64,000 nucleotides of DNA from Candidatus Marinacidobacterium sp. (GTDB lineage Bacteria > Acidobacteriota > Vicinamibacteria > Marinacidobacterales > Marinacidobacteraceae), in contig OZ244852.1 in the NCBI GenBank assembly GCA_965220965.1, forward strand, positions 1,728,001-1,792,000, in the 5' to 3' direction. Below are positions 49,104 to 58,491 of this stretch, piece after piece. The position numbers and the translations under genes are program-made. Within the stretch, counting starts at the first letter, position 1; the number at the start of each line of letters is the position of its first letter. A model generated the notes under the pieces. It made no database searches, was not told the DNA's origin, and saw only the letters and a program-made list of their open reading frames with translations.

Positions 49104-49967
49104 ATGAAACACCTCGCAGCGGTGTTCGCGCTGCTCTTCGCGGCGCCGCTCCCGGCGTTCGCCACCTGGTCGGTCATCGCGGTGGACCGCAACTCCGGGC
49201 AGGTCATCATCGCCTCTGCGACCTGCGTCCGTCAGTCGCGGTTTCCGCCCCGGCCGGCGCGCGACCTGATGGACATCCAGGCGGTCCTGGTCCCGGGCGT
49301 GGGCGTCGCCGCCTGCCAGGCGGGGGTGGACAACACCCGGGCGAACCAGATGCTGGTCTACCAGGAGATCTCGAAGGGAACGGACCCCGAGCGGATCATC
49401 GAGCTCCTGCGCGAACACGAGGACGCGAAGGACGAGCCGGCCATGGAGCGGCGCCAGTTCGGCATCGTGGACCTCCAGGGACGGAGCGCCGGCTTCAGCG
49501 GGTCCCGCAACGGCTCGGCCTCGCTCCACGTCGCCGGTCAGGTCGGCGACGACATCTTCTTCCAGGTGCAGGGCAACATCCTGTTCAGCGACCGGGTGGC
49601 CGAAGACGCCGCCCTCGCCTTCACCCGGGCGACCGGCACGCTCGCCGACCGGGTCATGGCCGCCATGGAGGGGGCCGACGCGGCCGGAGGCGACCGGCGC
49701 TGCACCTGCGAGGAGGAGCCGAAGCCCGCCGCCCCGTGCAGCGCCAAGACCTCGCACGTGGCCTACATCGCGATCGCCAACCGGGACGATGCGCCCGGGG
49801 TCTCGCACAACGACGGCGACTACTACGCCTACCTCGGGGCGACCGACGAGGACATCCAGCCGCACGAGGACGCCAACCCGGTCGTGACGCTGCGGATGCG
49901 CTACGACGCCTGGAAGAACGCCGGCAGCAAGCGGACGGGCATGCCCCCGTCGCTCTACCCCGAATGA
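49104..49967 (+). CDS. DUF1028 family exported protein (second paralog)
   Basis: Signal peptide then TWSVIAVD, VPGVGVAACQA, RQFGIVD, QGNIL, AMEGADAAGGDRRC. Confidence 0.82.
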   Translation: MKHLAAVFALLFAAPLPAFATWSVIAVDRNSGQVIIASATCVRQSRFPPRPARDLMDIQAVLVPGVGVAACQAGVDNTRANQMLVYQEISKGTDPERIIELLREHEDAKDEPAMERRQFGIVDLQGRSAGFSGSRNGSASLHVAGQVGDDIFFQVQGNILFSDRVAEDAALAFTRATGTLADRVMAAMEGADAAGGDRRCTCEEEPKPAAPCSAKTSHVAYIAIANRDDAPGVSHNDGDYYAYLGATDEDIQPHEDANPVVTLRMRYDAWKNAGSKRTGMPPSLYPE

Positions 49968-51400
49968 GGCGCTTCGGCCCGGCGCTGCTCGCGCTCCTCC
50001 TGGCCGCGCTCCCGCTGACGCACGCCGGCGCGCAGGGCGCTGACGACGGCCCCCACTGGCCGCGTTTCCGCGGCCCCGCGTCCAACCCGGTGGGCGCCCA
50101 TCCCGACCTGCCGATGAGCTGGTCCACCTCCGAGAACATCGAGTGGGCCGCCGAGATCCCCGGGGTCGGGTGGTCCTCCCCGGTCGTCTGGGGGAACCGG
50201 GTGTTCCTGACGACGGCGACGAGCCCCCAGGAGATGAAGGGGCCGTCGCTCGGGACCGATTTCTCGAACGACTACATCGCCGAGCTCCAGGCCGAAGGCC
50301 TTCCCCCGGAGGAGGTCAACCGGCGGCTCTACGCCCGCGACCGCGAGATGCCCGACGAGGTGGAGATCGCGCTCCGTCTGCTGTGCCTCGATCTCGAGAC
50401 CGGCGCCATCGTCTGGGACCGGACGGTCTACGAGGGCCGGCCGCTGGGAGGCCGGCACCGGAAGAACAGCTACGCGTCGGAGACGCCGGTCACCGACGGC
50501 GAGGTCGTGGTGGCCTACTTCACCCACCACGGGCTGTTCGCCTTCGACCTCGAGGGCGGCCCGCTCTGGGAGCGCCCGCTGGACGCCCGGCCGACGGTGC
50601 GCGACTTCGGGACCGGGGCGTCGCCGACGCTCCACGGAGACCGGATCTATCTCCTGAACGACAACGAGGAAGCGAGTTTCCTCGCCGCGTTCGACAAGCG
50701 GACCGGGGAGCCGGTGTGGAGCACCGACCGCGAGATCGAGATGCGGCGCAAGACCGGGTGGTCCACCCCGTTCGTGTGGGAGAACGGCCTGCGCAGCGAG
50801 ATCGTGACGAGCGGCCCGGGCGTGGTGACCAGCTACGACCTGTCCGGCGACGTGCTCTGGCGCCTCCACCGCAGCGGCGGCACGCCGATCCAGAGCCCCT
50901 TCGCCTGGGGCGGCTGGCTCTTTGTGGCGGCCGGGGCCACCGGCGGCCAGTACCGGCCGCTGGTCGCGATCCGGCCGGGCGGCTCGGGAGACATCACCCC
51001 GCCGGAAGGGGCCTCGACCAGCGAGCACGTCGTCTGGTACGACCGGATCGCCGGCGGAACCTACCTGCCCACGCCGGTGATCTACGACGGGGCGCTCTAC
51101 GTGCTCTACTCGCGGGGGATCTTCGCCCGCCACGATGTGGAGACCGGCGCGCGGGTCTACCGGTCGCGCATCGCGCCGGGGGCGGCGGCGTTCACCGCCT
51201 CGCCGTGGGCCTACGGCGGGGTCGTCTTCGCGCTGGGCGAGGAAGGAGACACCTACGTCATCGAGGCGGGACGCGATTACCGCCTGCTGGGCGTCAACCG
51301 GCTCGAGGACTGGGCGCTCGCCACTCCGGCCATCGTCGGCGACCGGCTGCTCATCCGCACCCGCAGCCGCCTCTTCTCGATCCGCGACACGGGCGACTGA
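49964..51400 (+). CDS. PQQ-like beta-propeller repeat protein, exported
   Basis: WPRFRGP, W..EIPG.GWSSPVVWG, YASETPVTDG, GTGASP, AFDKRTG..VW, WSTP, FTASP, ATPAI. Confidence 0.88.
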   Translation: MRRFGPALLALLLAALPLTHAGAQGADDGPHWPRFRGPASNPVGAHPDLPMSWSTSENIEWAAEIPGVGWSSPVVWGNRVFLTTATSPQEMKGPSLGTDFSNDYIAELQAEGLPPEEVNRRLYARDREMPDEVEIALRLLCLDLETGAIVWDRTVYEGRPLGGRHRKNSYASETPVTDGEVVVAYFTHHGLFAFDLEGGPLWERPLDARPTVRDFGTGASPTLHGDRIYLLNDNEEASFLAAFDKRTGEPVWSTDREIEMRRKTGWSTPFVWENGLRSEIVTSGPGVVTSYDLSGDVLWRLHRSGGTPIQSPFAWGGWLFVAAGATGGQYRPLVAIRPGGSGDITPPEGASTSEHVVWYDRIAGGTYLPTPVIYDGALYVLYSRGIFARHDVETGARVYRSRIAPGAAAFTASPWAYGGVVFALGEEGDTYVIEAGRDYRLLGVNRLEDWALATPAIVGDRLLIRTRSRLFSIRDTGD

Positions 51401-51422
51401 GGCCGCGCGCGGCCGCGCGCGC

Positions 51423-52382
51423 TCACTCGATCCGCGGTCCTCCGGGCCCGGTCGGGCGGCGCGGCCGGGTCGCCACCGAAAGCGCCAGCGTGGCCTCCCG
51501 GCCGGCCGCCTCCGGAAAGCGCCACTCGGAGGCCATGGCGAGGATGCGGGGCGAGACCTCGGGGAGCGTCGTGGAGGCGATCTCGATCATCGCGGGACGG
51601 CCGCGGTCGTCGAGGAGCAGGCGCAGCTCGACTTCGCCCGCCGCCTCCGGCGCGAGCGAACTCTCGAGCGCGAGCAGGCGGGGGTCCCGGGGCGCTTCGA
51701 CGCGCGCCGGGGGAGTCGGATCCCGGGGCTCCGCCGGCCGGCTGACCGCGAGCACGAGCCAGATGGAGTGGTCGCGGAGATCCTCGTAGAGGCGCTCCCG
51801 CGCCGGGAGATCGGCTGCGTCGCGGAACCAGCTCAGATAGCGGCTGCGGCTCACCTCGAAGTAGCGGCCGCTGACGACCACGGTGCCGCCCGGCGCGACG
51901 GTCTCCTCGGCGGCCGCCGCCCACACCGCATCGCCGTCGCGGAGCAGCTCCAGCTCGATGCGCGCAGTGGGCGCCGCCTCCCCGTCCCCGGCGATGTCCC
52001 GGACGCGGATGCGGATGTCGCGGCGCCCATGTTCATGAACCGCCTCCCAGACGGAGGCGTCCGTCCCCGGCGGCCGCGTCAGGCGAACCGACAGAAGCTG
52101 CGCCAGAAAGCCCTCCGGGACCTGGCGGGCGAGGGTCGCGAGCCACTGCGACGGCTGGATGCGGGTTCCGTCGTTCGCGAGGCGGAAGGAGAGGCCCTCC
52201 ATCGGTTCGAAGTCGGAATTCAGGCGACGGACCTCGAAGACCCGGACCTCGGGCGCCGCGGCCTGGGCGGAAGCGAACGCCGGCGCGAGGAGCCCGGCGA
52301 ACACCGTGACGGGCAGCGAGGCGAACAGCGCAACGGGCAGGCTGCGAAGGAGCACGAAGAAGAAGTGTATGGGGGTGTTCAC
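51423..52382 (-). CDS. Exported hypothetical protein with C-terminal TonB-C-like domain
   Basis: Signal peptide, Pro-rich linker then G.V.LRLLLD..G.P..IEI......A..WRF.A pattern. Confidence 0.55.
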   Translation of the reverse strand: MNTPIHFFFVLLRSLPVALFASLPVTVFAGLLAPAFASAQAAAPEVRVFEVRRLNSDFEPMEGLSFRLANDGTRIQPSQWLATLARQVPEGFLAQLLSVRLTRPPGTDASVWEAVHEHGRRDIRIRVRDIAGDGEAAPTARIELELLRDGDAVWAAAAEETVAPGGTVVVSGRYFEVSRSRYLSWFRDAADLPARERLYEDLRDHSIWLVLAVSRPAEPRDPTPPARVEAPRDPRLLALESSLAPEAAGEVELRLLLDDRGRPAMIEIASTTLPEVSPRILAMASEWRFPEAAGREATLALSVATRPRRPTGPGGPRIE

Positions 52383-52399
52383 TGGGTAGGATCCGCCGG

Positions 52400-53704
52400 A
52401 TGTTCGAGCCCGTCCCCGGAACTGTCCACGACCACCTGCGCAAACACCTCATCACCGACGGGCTCGACCTCGTCCTGGATCTCGAAGAGAGCCGAGGCGC
52501 CTGGCTCGCGTGCCAGAAGTCGGGGCGCCGCTTCCTCGACTGCTTCACCTACTACGCCTCGAACCCGCTGGGGCACAACCACCCGGGACTCCTCGAGCCC
52601 GATTTCCTCGACCGGATCGGGCGGGTCGCCATCCACAACCCGTCGAACTCGGACTTCTACACCGTCGAGATGGCGCATTTCGTGGATGTCTTCTCCCGGG
52701 TCGCCATCCCGAAAGAGCTGCCCCACGCCTTCTTCATCGCCGGCGGCTCGGTCGCGGTGGAGAACGCCCTCAAGGTCGCGTTCGACTGGAAGGTGCGCAA
52801 GAACCTGGCGGCGGGCCGGGGGGAGCTGGGCGGGAAGATCATCCACTTCCGCGAGGCGTTCCACGGGCGCACCGGCTACGCGCTCTCGATCACGAACACC
52901 GAGCCGATGAAGGTCGCCCACTTTCCGAAGTTCGACTGGCCGAGGATCGAGAACCCGCGGATCCGGTATCCGGAAGCCGGGCGCCTCGCCGAGACCGAGG
53001 CGGCGGAGGCGCGGGCGCTCCAGGCCATCGAGGCGGCGCTCGACGAGAACCCGCACGACATCGCCGGGCTCATCATCGAGCCGATCCAGGGCGAAGGAGG
53101 CGACCACCACTTCCGCGGCGAGTTCCTCGCGGCGCTCCGCCGCCTCGCGGACGAGCGCGAATTCCTGCTGATCTTCGACGAGGTCCAGACCGGGATGGGC
53201 GTCACCGGCCGGATGTGGTGCTACGAACACTTCGGCGTCGCCCCCGATGTGCTGGCCTTCGGCAAGAAGGCGGGCGTCTGCGGCGTCCTCGCCGGCCCCC
53301 GGGTGGACGAGGTCCCCGACAACGTGTTCCGGATGTCGTCGCGGATCAACTCGACGTTCGGCGGAAGCCTGGTCGACATGGTGCGCTGCGGCCGGATCCT
53401 CGAGATCATGGAGCGGGACGACCTGATCGGGAACGCCGGGCGCGTGGGCGAGGCCCTGTTCGCCGGACTCCGCGAGCTGGCCTCGGAGGACGACCGCGTC
53501 ACGAATGTGCGCGGACGCGGTCTGCTGTGCGCCTTCGACCTGCCGGACGAGGAGGCGCGGGACGGCTTCCTGAAGCGCTCCTACGCGAACGACCTGCTGA
53601 TCCTGGGCTGCGGGCGGAGGACGGTCCGGTTCCGGCCCAGCCTGGCGTTCACCGAAGAGGAAACGGACCTGGCGCTGACGCTCGTCCGGAAGTCGCTGGC
53701 GTAG
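52400..53704 (+). CDS. lat: L-lysine 6-aminotransferase (class III PLP)
   Basis: DG.DLVLDL..S.G, LG.NHP, PSNSD.Y, AVENALK.AFDWK, AFHGRTGY.LS.TNT, PKFDWPRI, EPIQGEGGD, FDEVQTG, AFGKK, RINST.GG. Confidence 0.93.
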   Translation: MFEPVPGTVHDHLRKHLITDGLDLVLDLEESRGAWLACQKSGRRFLDCFTYYASNPLGHNHPGLLEPDFLDRIGRVAIHNPSNSDFYTVEMAHFVDVFSRVAIPKELPHAFFIAGGSVAVENALKVAFDWKVRKNLAAGRGELGGKIIHFREAFHGRTGYALSITNTEPMKVAHFPKFDWPRIENPRIRYPEAGRLAETEAAEARALQAIEAALDENPHDIAGLIIEPIQGEGGDHHFRGEFLAALRRLADEREFLLIFDEVQTGMGVTGRMWCYEHFGVAPDVLAFGKKAGVCGVLAGPRVDEVPDNVFRMSSRINSTFGGSLVDMVRCGRILEIMERDDLIGNAGRVGEALFAGLRELASEDDRVTNVRGRGLLCAFDLPDEEARDGFLKRSYANDLLILGCGRRTVRFRPSLAFTEEETDLALTLVRKSLA

Positions 53705-53710
53705 CTGGAC

Positions 53711-54052
53711 TCAGGCGTTCGGTTCCGGGCCGTTTGATGAAGCCGGGACGAGCACGTAGCGGTCCCGCTCCATCGCCTCGTGGAAGGACGGCGGGACACG
53801 CGCCCAGTCGTGCGCCTGGACGAAGAACGGGATCGTGGAATCGTGGAACTCGTCGTGAAGGCGCTGCAGGGCGTCGAGGGCGATCGGGCGGAGCGCCGGA
53901 CCGCGAAGGACGAGGTCGAGGTCGCTTCCCTGGTGGCTCCGGCCGGTGACGCGGCTTCCATAGGCCCACACCTCGACTCCCGGCAGGTTCTCCCGCAGGA
54001 TCTCGAGGACCCGCGCCCGGTGGCGGGGCAGCAGGTGAAGGCGGTCGGTCAC
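53711..54052 (-). CDS. Minimal nucleotidyltransferase (MNT/MntA-type antitoxin)
   Basis: VWAYGSR..G......SDLDL (GS-x10-DxD). GTG at 54052 overlaps HEPN stop. Confidence 0.85.
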   Translation of the reverse strand: MTDRLHLLPRHRARVLEILRENLPGVEVWAYGSRVTGRSHQGSDLDLVLRGPALRPIALDALQRLHDEFHDSTIPFFVQAHDWARVPPSFHEAMERDRYVLVPASSNGPEPNA

Positions 54053-54495
54053 GGCGAAGCGCTCAGCACGCCCTGAAGCGCCCGGGCGTCCGCGAGAAAC
54101 CGGGGCAGGCGCCGGATCGCCCACTCCGGGTAGACCTCTCCGTAATCGTGGGCGGTCGTGTCGAGGAGATCCCGGTACTCCAGCCAGCGTTCGCAGGCCC
54201 CCGCGTCAAGAACCAGGAACTGCGCCGCGGCGCGGAAGACATCCCGGAAGCTGAGCCGCTCCGCCTCGCCGTCCGAGGAGAACCACGCGCGCATGTGCTT
54301 CCGCAGCAGCATCCCCGAGAGCTCCAGGATCACTTCGAAGAGCCTGGTCGCCGCGGCCCGGTAGATGCGGTGGGCCATCTCACCGGGCTGGTGGTCAGCG
54401 AGCCCGGCGAGCGTCGCGTCCAGCTCATCGAGACGCCGCGTGAGGTGTTCCGTGGCGAGCGGAGGGCCAGCGGACGGCGGTTTCGCAGGGGACAC
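54049..54495 (-). CDS. HEPN-domain nucleotidyltransferase substrate-binding protein (HI0074 family)
   Basis: FE...E.S..LL, FRDVFR.A, W..Y..(L)DTTAHDY. Paired with MNT gene. Confidence 0.8.
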   Translation of the reverse strand: MSPAKPPSAGPPLATEHLTRRLDELDATLAGLADHQPGEMAHRIYRAAATRLFEVILELSGMLLRKHMRAWFSSDGEAERLSFRDVFRAAAQFLVLDAGACERWLEYRDLLDTTAHDYGEVYPEWAIRRLPRFLADARALQGVLSASP

Positions 54496-54590
54496 GGCGT
54501 GACGCCTCGCGCACAGCGTAGCGACAGCGACCAGGAATCTGTGGGGATCCGTTCGCCGGTTGCCGGAAGGGCTGCAAGTCTGGTAGAAAG

Positions 54591-56297
54591 ATGGGTTCCG
54601 CTACCACACATTCCGCCCAGCAGGAGGCCTTCTTCGTGACGAAACTTCGGATCCGGTGTATCGGGGCTGCGACCGGCGTAGCCCTCGCCCTCGCAGCCGT
54701 CCCCGCGCTCGCCCAGTCGAGCGGACTCGGAACGGTCTCGTTCCCCAATTCGGGCGCTGAAGAGGCGCAGGCCGACTTCCTCGACGGGGTCCGCCTGCTC
54801 CACAGCTTCGAGTGGGAAGACGCCGCCGAGGCCTTCCAGCGCGCCCAGGCGATCGACCCCGACTTCGCGCTCGCCTACTGGGGCGAGGCGCTGAGCCACA
54901 CCGGCGGCCACCACTACCCGCCAGGCCAGGACATGTCGAAAGCCCGCGAGGCCCTGCTGAAGCTGGGCCAGACCCGCGCCGAGCGGGTCGCCAAGGCGCC
55001 CACCGACCGCGAGAAGCAGTACCTCGAGTCGGTCCACATCCTCTACGGCCCCGGCGACCTCCTCGAGCGGTCGGAAGGCTACGAGGCCGCGCTCGCGAAG
55101 CTCTCGGCCGACTACCCCGAGGACCTCGAGGCCGCCGCGTTCCATTCGCTGGCGCTCATGCGGACGAAGGTCCGCGGTCCGGAGAGCCGGCGGGTCGACA
55201 TGCGCGCCGGCGCCATCGCGCAGATGGTGTTCCGGGCCAACCCGGATCATCCGGGCGCGGCGCACTACGTGATCCACGCCTACGACGATCCGGTGCACGC
55301 CCCGATCGCCCTCTACGCGGCGCGGAAGTACTCCGACATCGCCCCGGCGGCGGTCCACGCGCTCCACATGCCCTCCCACATCTTCGTGCAGCACGGCATG
55401 TGGGACCACGTGCGGGAACTGAACGACCGGTCGTTCCAGGCTTCGGTGGACCGCGCCGAGCGCAAGGGGCTGTCCCCGATGCGCCGCTCGTACCACGCGC
55501 TCTACTGGATGCTCTACGCCTACCTGCAGGAGGGCCGCTACGACGAAGGACAGGAGGTCCTCGACGAGCTGAACGCCGTCGTGCAGAGCGACGAGACGCT
55601 CCGCTCGGTCCGCGAGACCTGGATGCGGATGGACGCGCTGAACACCGTCGAGACCCGGCGGTGGAAGCCGGCGCCGGTCGACGAGCTGGTCGCCGGACTC
55701 TCGGCCGAGGAGCCCTCGGTGGGGCACCGGACCGCGGGCGCGATGATCTACGCCCGCGGATCGAGCGCCGCCGCGACCGGCGACGTCGAGACCGCCGAGA
55801 AGGCCGCGAAGGGGCTCATGGAGCTCCACGAGATGCTCGCCGGCATGGAGAACCCCCGGGGCGCCGAGCAGGCGCTGGTGATGGCCCACGAGATGGCGGG
55901 CCTGCTGGCGCAGGCGCGCGGCGACCGCGACGGCGCGATCGCCGAGTTCCGCAAGGCGGTCGAGGTGGCCGAGAGCATGGAGCCGCCCTCGGGTCCTCCG
56001 GGCGAGTCTCCGATCGACTCCCCCATCCAGCCGGCGCACGAACTGCTGGGCGAGGCGCTGCTCGACGCCGGGGACGCGGAAGAGGCCCTTTCGGTCTTCG
56101 AGATGTCGCTGATGCGCACGGCGGGGCGTCCGCACTCGCTCTACGGGGCCGCCCGGGCGGCTTCCGCGGCCGGGAACGAGGACCTGGCGCGCGAGTACTA
56201 CGAGGACCTCGTCTCGATCCCGTACCGGGGACCGGACCTGCCGGGACTCGCCGACGCGCTGGAGGCCGTGCCGGCCGACGCGACCGAGCAGAACTAG
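54591..56297 (+). CDS. Exported TPR-repeat protein with His-rich conserved core
   Basis: V.FP.S, F..G..LLHSF, DP.FALAYWG.A, HPGAAHY.IH.YD, HALHMPSHIF, ELLGE.LL. Start 54591 or GTG about 54636. Confidence 0.8.
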   Translation: MGSATTHSAQQEAFFVTKLRIRCIGAATGVALALAAVPALAQSSGLGTVSFPNSGAEEAQADFLDGVRLLHSFEWEDAAEAFQRAQAIDPDFALAYWGEALSHTGGHHYPPGQDMSKAREALLKLGQTRAERVAKAPTDREKQYLESVHILYGPGDLLERSEGYEAALAKLSADYPEDLEAAAFHSLALMRTKVRGPESRRVDMRAGAIAQMVFRANPDHPGAAHYVIHAYDDPVHAPIALYAARKYSDIAPAAVHALHMPSHIFVQHGMWDHVRELNDRSFQASVDRAERKGLSPMRRSYHALYWMLYAYLQEGRYDEGQEVLDELNAVVQSDETLRSVRETWMRMDALNTVETRRWKPAPVDELVAGLSAEEPSVGHRTAGAMIYARGSSAAATGDVETAEKAAKGLMELHEMLAGMENPRGAEQALVMAHEMAGLLAQARGDRDGAIAEFRKAVEVAESMEPPSGPPGESPIDSPIQPAHELLGEALLDAGDAEEALSVFEMSLMRTAGRPHSLYGAARAASAAGNEDLAREYYEDLVSIPYRGPDLPGLADALEAVPADATEQN

Positions 56298-56313
56298 TCC
56301 CCCTCCCCCGAAC

Positions 56314-56340
56314 GGGCGCCGGACCACCGGTCCGGCGCCC
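56314..56340. terminator. Perfect 12-bp hairpin between convergent genes
   Basis: GGGCGCCGGACC-ACC-GGTCCGGCGCCC followed by a second GC hairpin. No U-tract. Confidence 0.5.
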
Positions 56341-56363
56341 GGGGGCGCGCCCCCGCGCCGCCG

Positions 56364-57050
56364 CTACTCGTCCGACAGCAGGCCGGAGCGCATCAGGTAG
56401 TAGAGCAGCGTGAGGATGCCGGTGAGCGCCGCCGCGACATAGGTCATCGCGGCCGCGGTGAGCACCCGCTGGACGCCCTGGCGCTCATCCGGCGAGATCA
56501 GCGCCGTCTCCCAGACGAGCGCCTTGGCGCGCCGCGAGGCGTTCAGCTCCACCGGCAGCGTGACGACCTGGAACAGCACGACGAGCGAGAACAGGAGGAC
56601 GCCGAGCTGGACGAGCCCGAGGGCCCCGAACATGAGGCCGCCGAACAGGATGATCCAGGAGGCGCTCGAGGCGAAGGACGCCGGACGGGCGAGCATCTGC
56701 CGGATCAACAGCGGCTGGTAGCCGCCGTGGTGCTGGAGGGCGTGGCCAACCTCGTGGGCCGCCACCGCGACCGCTCCCACCGTCCGGCCGTGATAGACCT
56801 CGGGTGAGAGCCGGAGCGCCCGCACCCTCGGGTCGTAGTGGTCCGAGAGCGACCCGGGGTGCTCCTCGACCGGGATGTTCACCCCCTGCTGGCGCAGCAG
56901 GGCCTCCGCGGCCTCCCGGCCGCTGCGGCGGCTGCTCACCGGGACCTGGTTGTAGCGGTTGAAGGTCCGCTTCACCTTGAAGGTGGCCCAGAGCGTGAGG
57001 GCCAGACCGGGGGCGAGGATGATGAAGTAGAGGGGGTCGAAGAAGAACAT
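56364..57050 (-). CDS. Neutral zinc metallopeptidase (YugP family) membrane protein
   Basis: LSDHYDP, LRLS..VY, VAAHEVGHALQH, VTLPVE.NASRRA, VL.AAAMTYVAA. Confidence 0.92.
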   Translation of the reverse strand: MFFFDPLYFIILAPGLALTLWATFKVKRTFNRYNQVPVSSRRSGREAAEALLRQQGVNIPVEEHPGSLSDHYDPRVRALRLSPEVYHGRTVGAVAVAAHEVGHALQHHGGYQPLLIRQMLARPASFASSASWIILFGGLMFGALGLVQLGVLLFSLVVLFQVVTLPVELNASRRAKALVWETALISPDERQGVQRVLTAAAMTYVAAALTGILTLLYYLMRSGLLSDE

Positions 57051-57104
57051 GGCTCCCGTCGTCGCGATGAAGGCGCGTCAGATCCTGCAGGTATAACTCA
57101 GCGG

Positions 57105-58409
57105 ATGGACGAATTGTTTCCCGGCGGAACGCCCGGTCAAGCCGACGCGGCCGCTTCCCGGCCCCACGGAAGCCCGACAGGGATCGACGGCGAACGGCTG
57201 AAGGGCTCGCTGGTCCGGCTCTCGCGGTTCGGCGCGCACCCGGAGGGAGGGGCGAACCGGCTGGCCTTCTCGGAGGCCGACCTCGCCGCCCGGGCGTGGC
57301 TCATCTCCGAAATGGAGAGCGCCGGCCTCCGCGTCCGGACCGACGCCGCCGGCAACGTGTTCGGGCGGCGGGAGGGCCGCGAGCCGCTCCCGGTGATCCT
57401 CTTCGGGTCCCACCTCGACACCGTGCCGCGCGGCGGGCACTACGATGGGACGCTCGGCGTCCTCGGCGCGCTCGAGGTGCTGCGGTCGCTCGGCGAGGCG
57501 GGAGCGGAGACCCGCCATCCGCTCGAGATGGTCGTGTGGTGCGACGAGGAGGGCGCCCACTTCGGGAACGGGCTGTTCGGGAGCCGGGCCGCGACCTCGG
57601 GCGCTCCCGAGGCCGAACTCCACCGGACCGACGCCGAGGGGGCGAGCCTCGCCGACTGGATGGTCCGCTACCGGCTCGCCCCGAGGCGCCTGGGCGACGC
57701 CCTTCTCGACCCCCGGGGAGTGCGGGCAGTCGTCGAACTCCACGTGGAGCAGGGAGGACGGCTGGAGCGGGGGGAGGCGCGGATCGGCGTGGTGGACGGG
57801 ATCGTGGGGATCCACCGGTTCGAGGCGCGGGTGGACGGGGTCCAGAACCACGCCGGGACGACCCCGATGGCGGAGCGCCGGGACGCGCTGCTCACCGCGG
57901 CGCGGCTCATCGTGGCGGCGCACGAGGAGATCCGGCGCCTCCCCGGGGACCAGGTGGGGAACGTGGGGCAGGTCTCGGTGAGCCCCGACGCCGCGAACGT
58001 CGTGCCGGGTCTCGTCCGGTTCCCCATCGAGCTCCGCGACCTGGATCACGCGGTGGTGGACGGGATCGTGGGGCGGATCCGCGAACGCGGGGCGGCGCTC
58101 TTCCGGGAGACCGGCTGCGCGGTGGAGATCACCCGGACGCTGGAGGAGCCGGCGGCGTGGATGGACCCGGGGCTGCGCGAGATCGCGGCGCGGCAGGCGC
58201 GGGCGATGGGGCACGAGCCGGTCTCGCTGCCCAGCCGCGCGGGCCACGACGCGCAGAACACCGCGCGCCACGGGATCCCGACCGCGATGGTGTTCGTTCC
58301 GAGCCGGGACGGCGTCAGCCACGCGCCGGAGGAATGGACCTCGTGGGAGGACTGCGCCCTCGGCGCCGACCTGCTGCGGCGGGTCGTGCTGGCGATCGAC
58401 CGGGGGTAG
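57105..58409 (+). CDS. M20 Zn-dependent amidohydrolase (allantoate/N-carbamoyl-L-amino acid amidohydrolase family)
   Basis: DAAGN, GSHLDTV..GG.YDG.LGV, DEEG, ELHVEQG, NHAGTTPM..R.DA, SRAGHDA, GVSHAPEE. ATG at 57105. Confidence 0.92.
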   Translation: MDELFPGGTPGQADAAASRPHGSPTGIDGERLKGSLVRLSRFGAHPEGGANRLAFSEADLAARAWLISEMESAGLRVRTDAAGNVFGRREGREPLPVILFGSHLDTVPRGGHYDGTLGVLGALEVLRSLGEAGAETRHPLEMVVWCDEEGAHFGNGLFGSRAATSGAPEAELHRTDAEGASLADWMVRYRLAPRRLGDALLDPRGVRAVVELHVEQGGRLERGEARIGVVDGIVGIHRFEARVDGVQNHAGTTPMAERRDALLTAARLIVAAHEEIRRLPGDQVGNVGQVSVSPDAANVVPGLVRFPIELRDLDHAVVDGIVGRIRERGAALFRETGCAVEITRTLEEPAAWMDPGLREIAARQARAMGHEPVSLPSRAGHDAQNTARHGIPTAMVFVPSRDGVSHAPEEWTSWEDCALGADLLRRVVLAIDRG

Positions 58410-58432
58410 CCGCCAAGGACGGAACCGGGCCG

Positions 58433-58491
58433 GACCGGAAGTCCCCGACCGGAGTCCCCCGACCGGAGGTCCCCCGACCGGAGGTCCGGTC
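58433..58491. repeat. Four imperfect tandem copies of a 14-15 bp unit GACCGGA(G)GTCCCC between convergent genes
   Basis: gaccggaagtcccc / gaccggagtccccc / gaccggaggtccccc / gaccggaggtccggtc. Confidence 0.75.

Noticed and set aside
58433-58491. Tandem repeat as a mini-CRISPR
   Set aside because: Units of 14-15 bp abut each other with no spacers.
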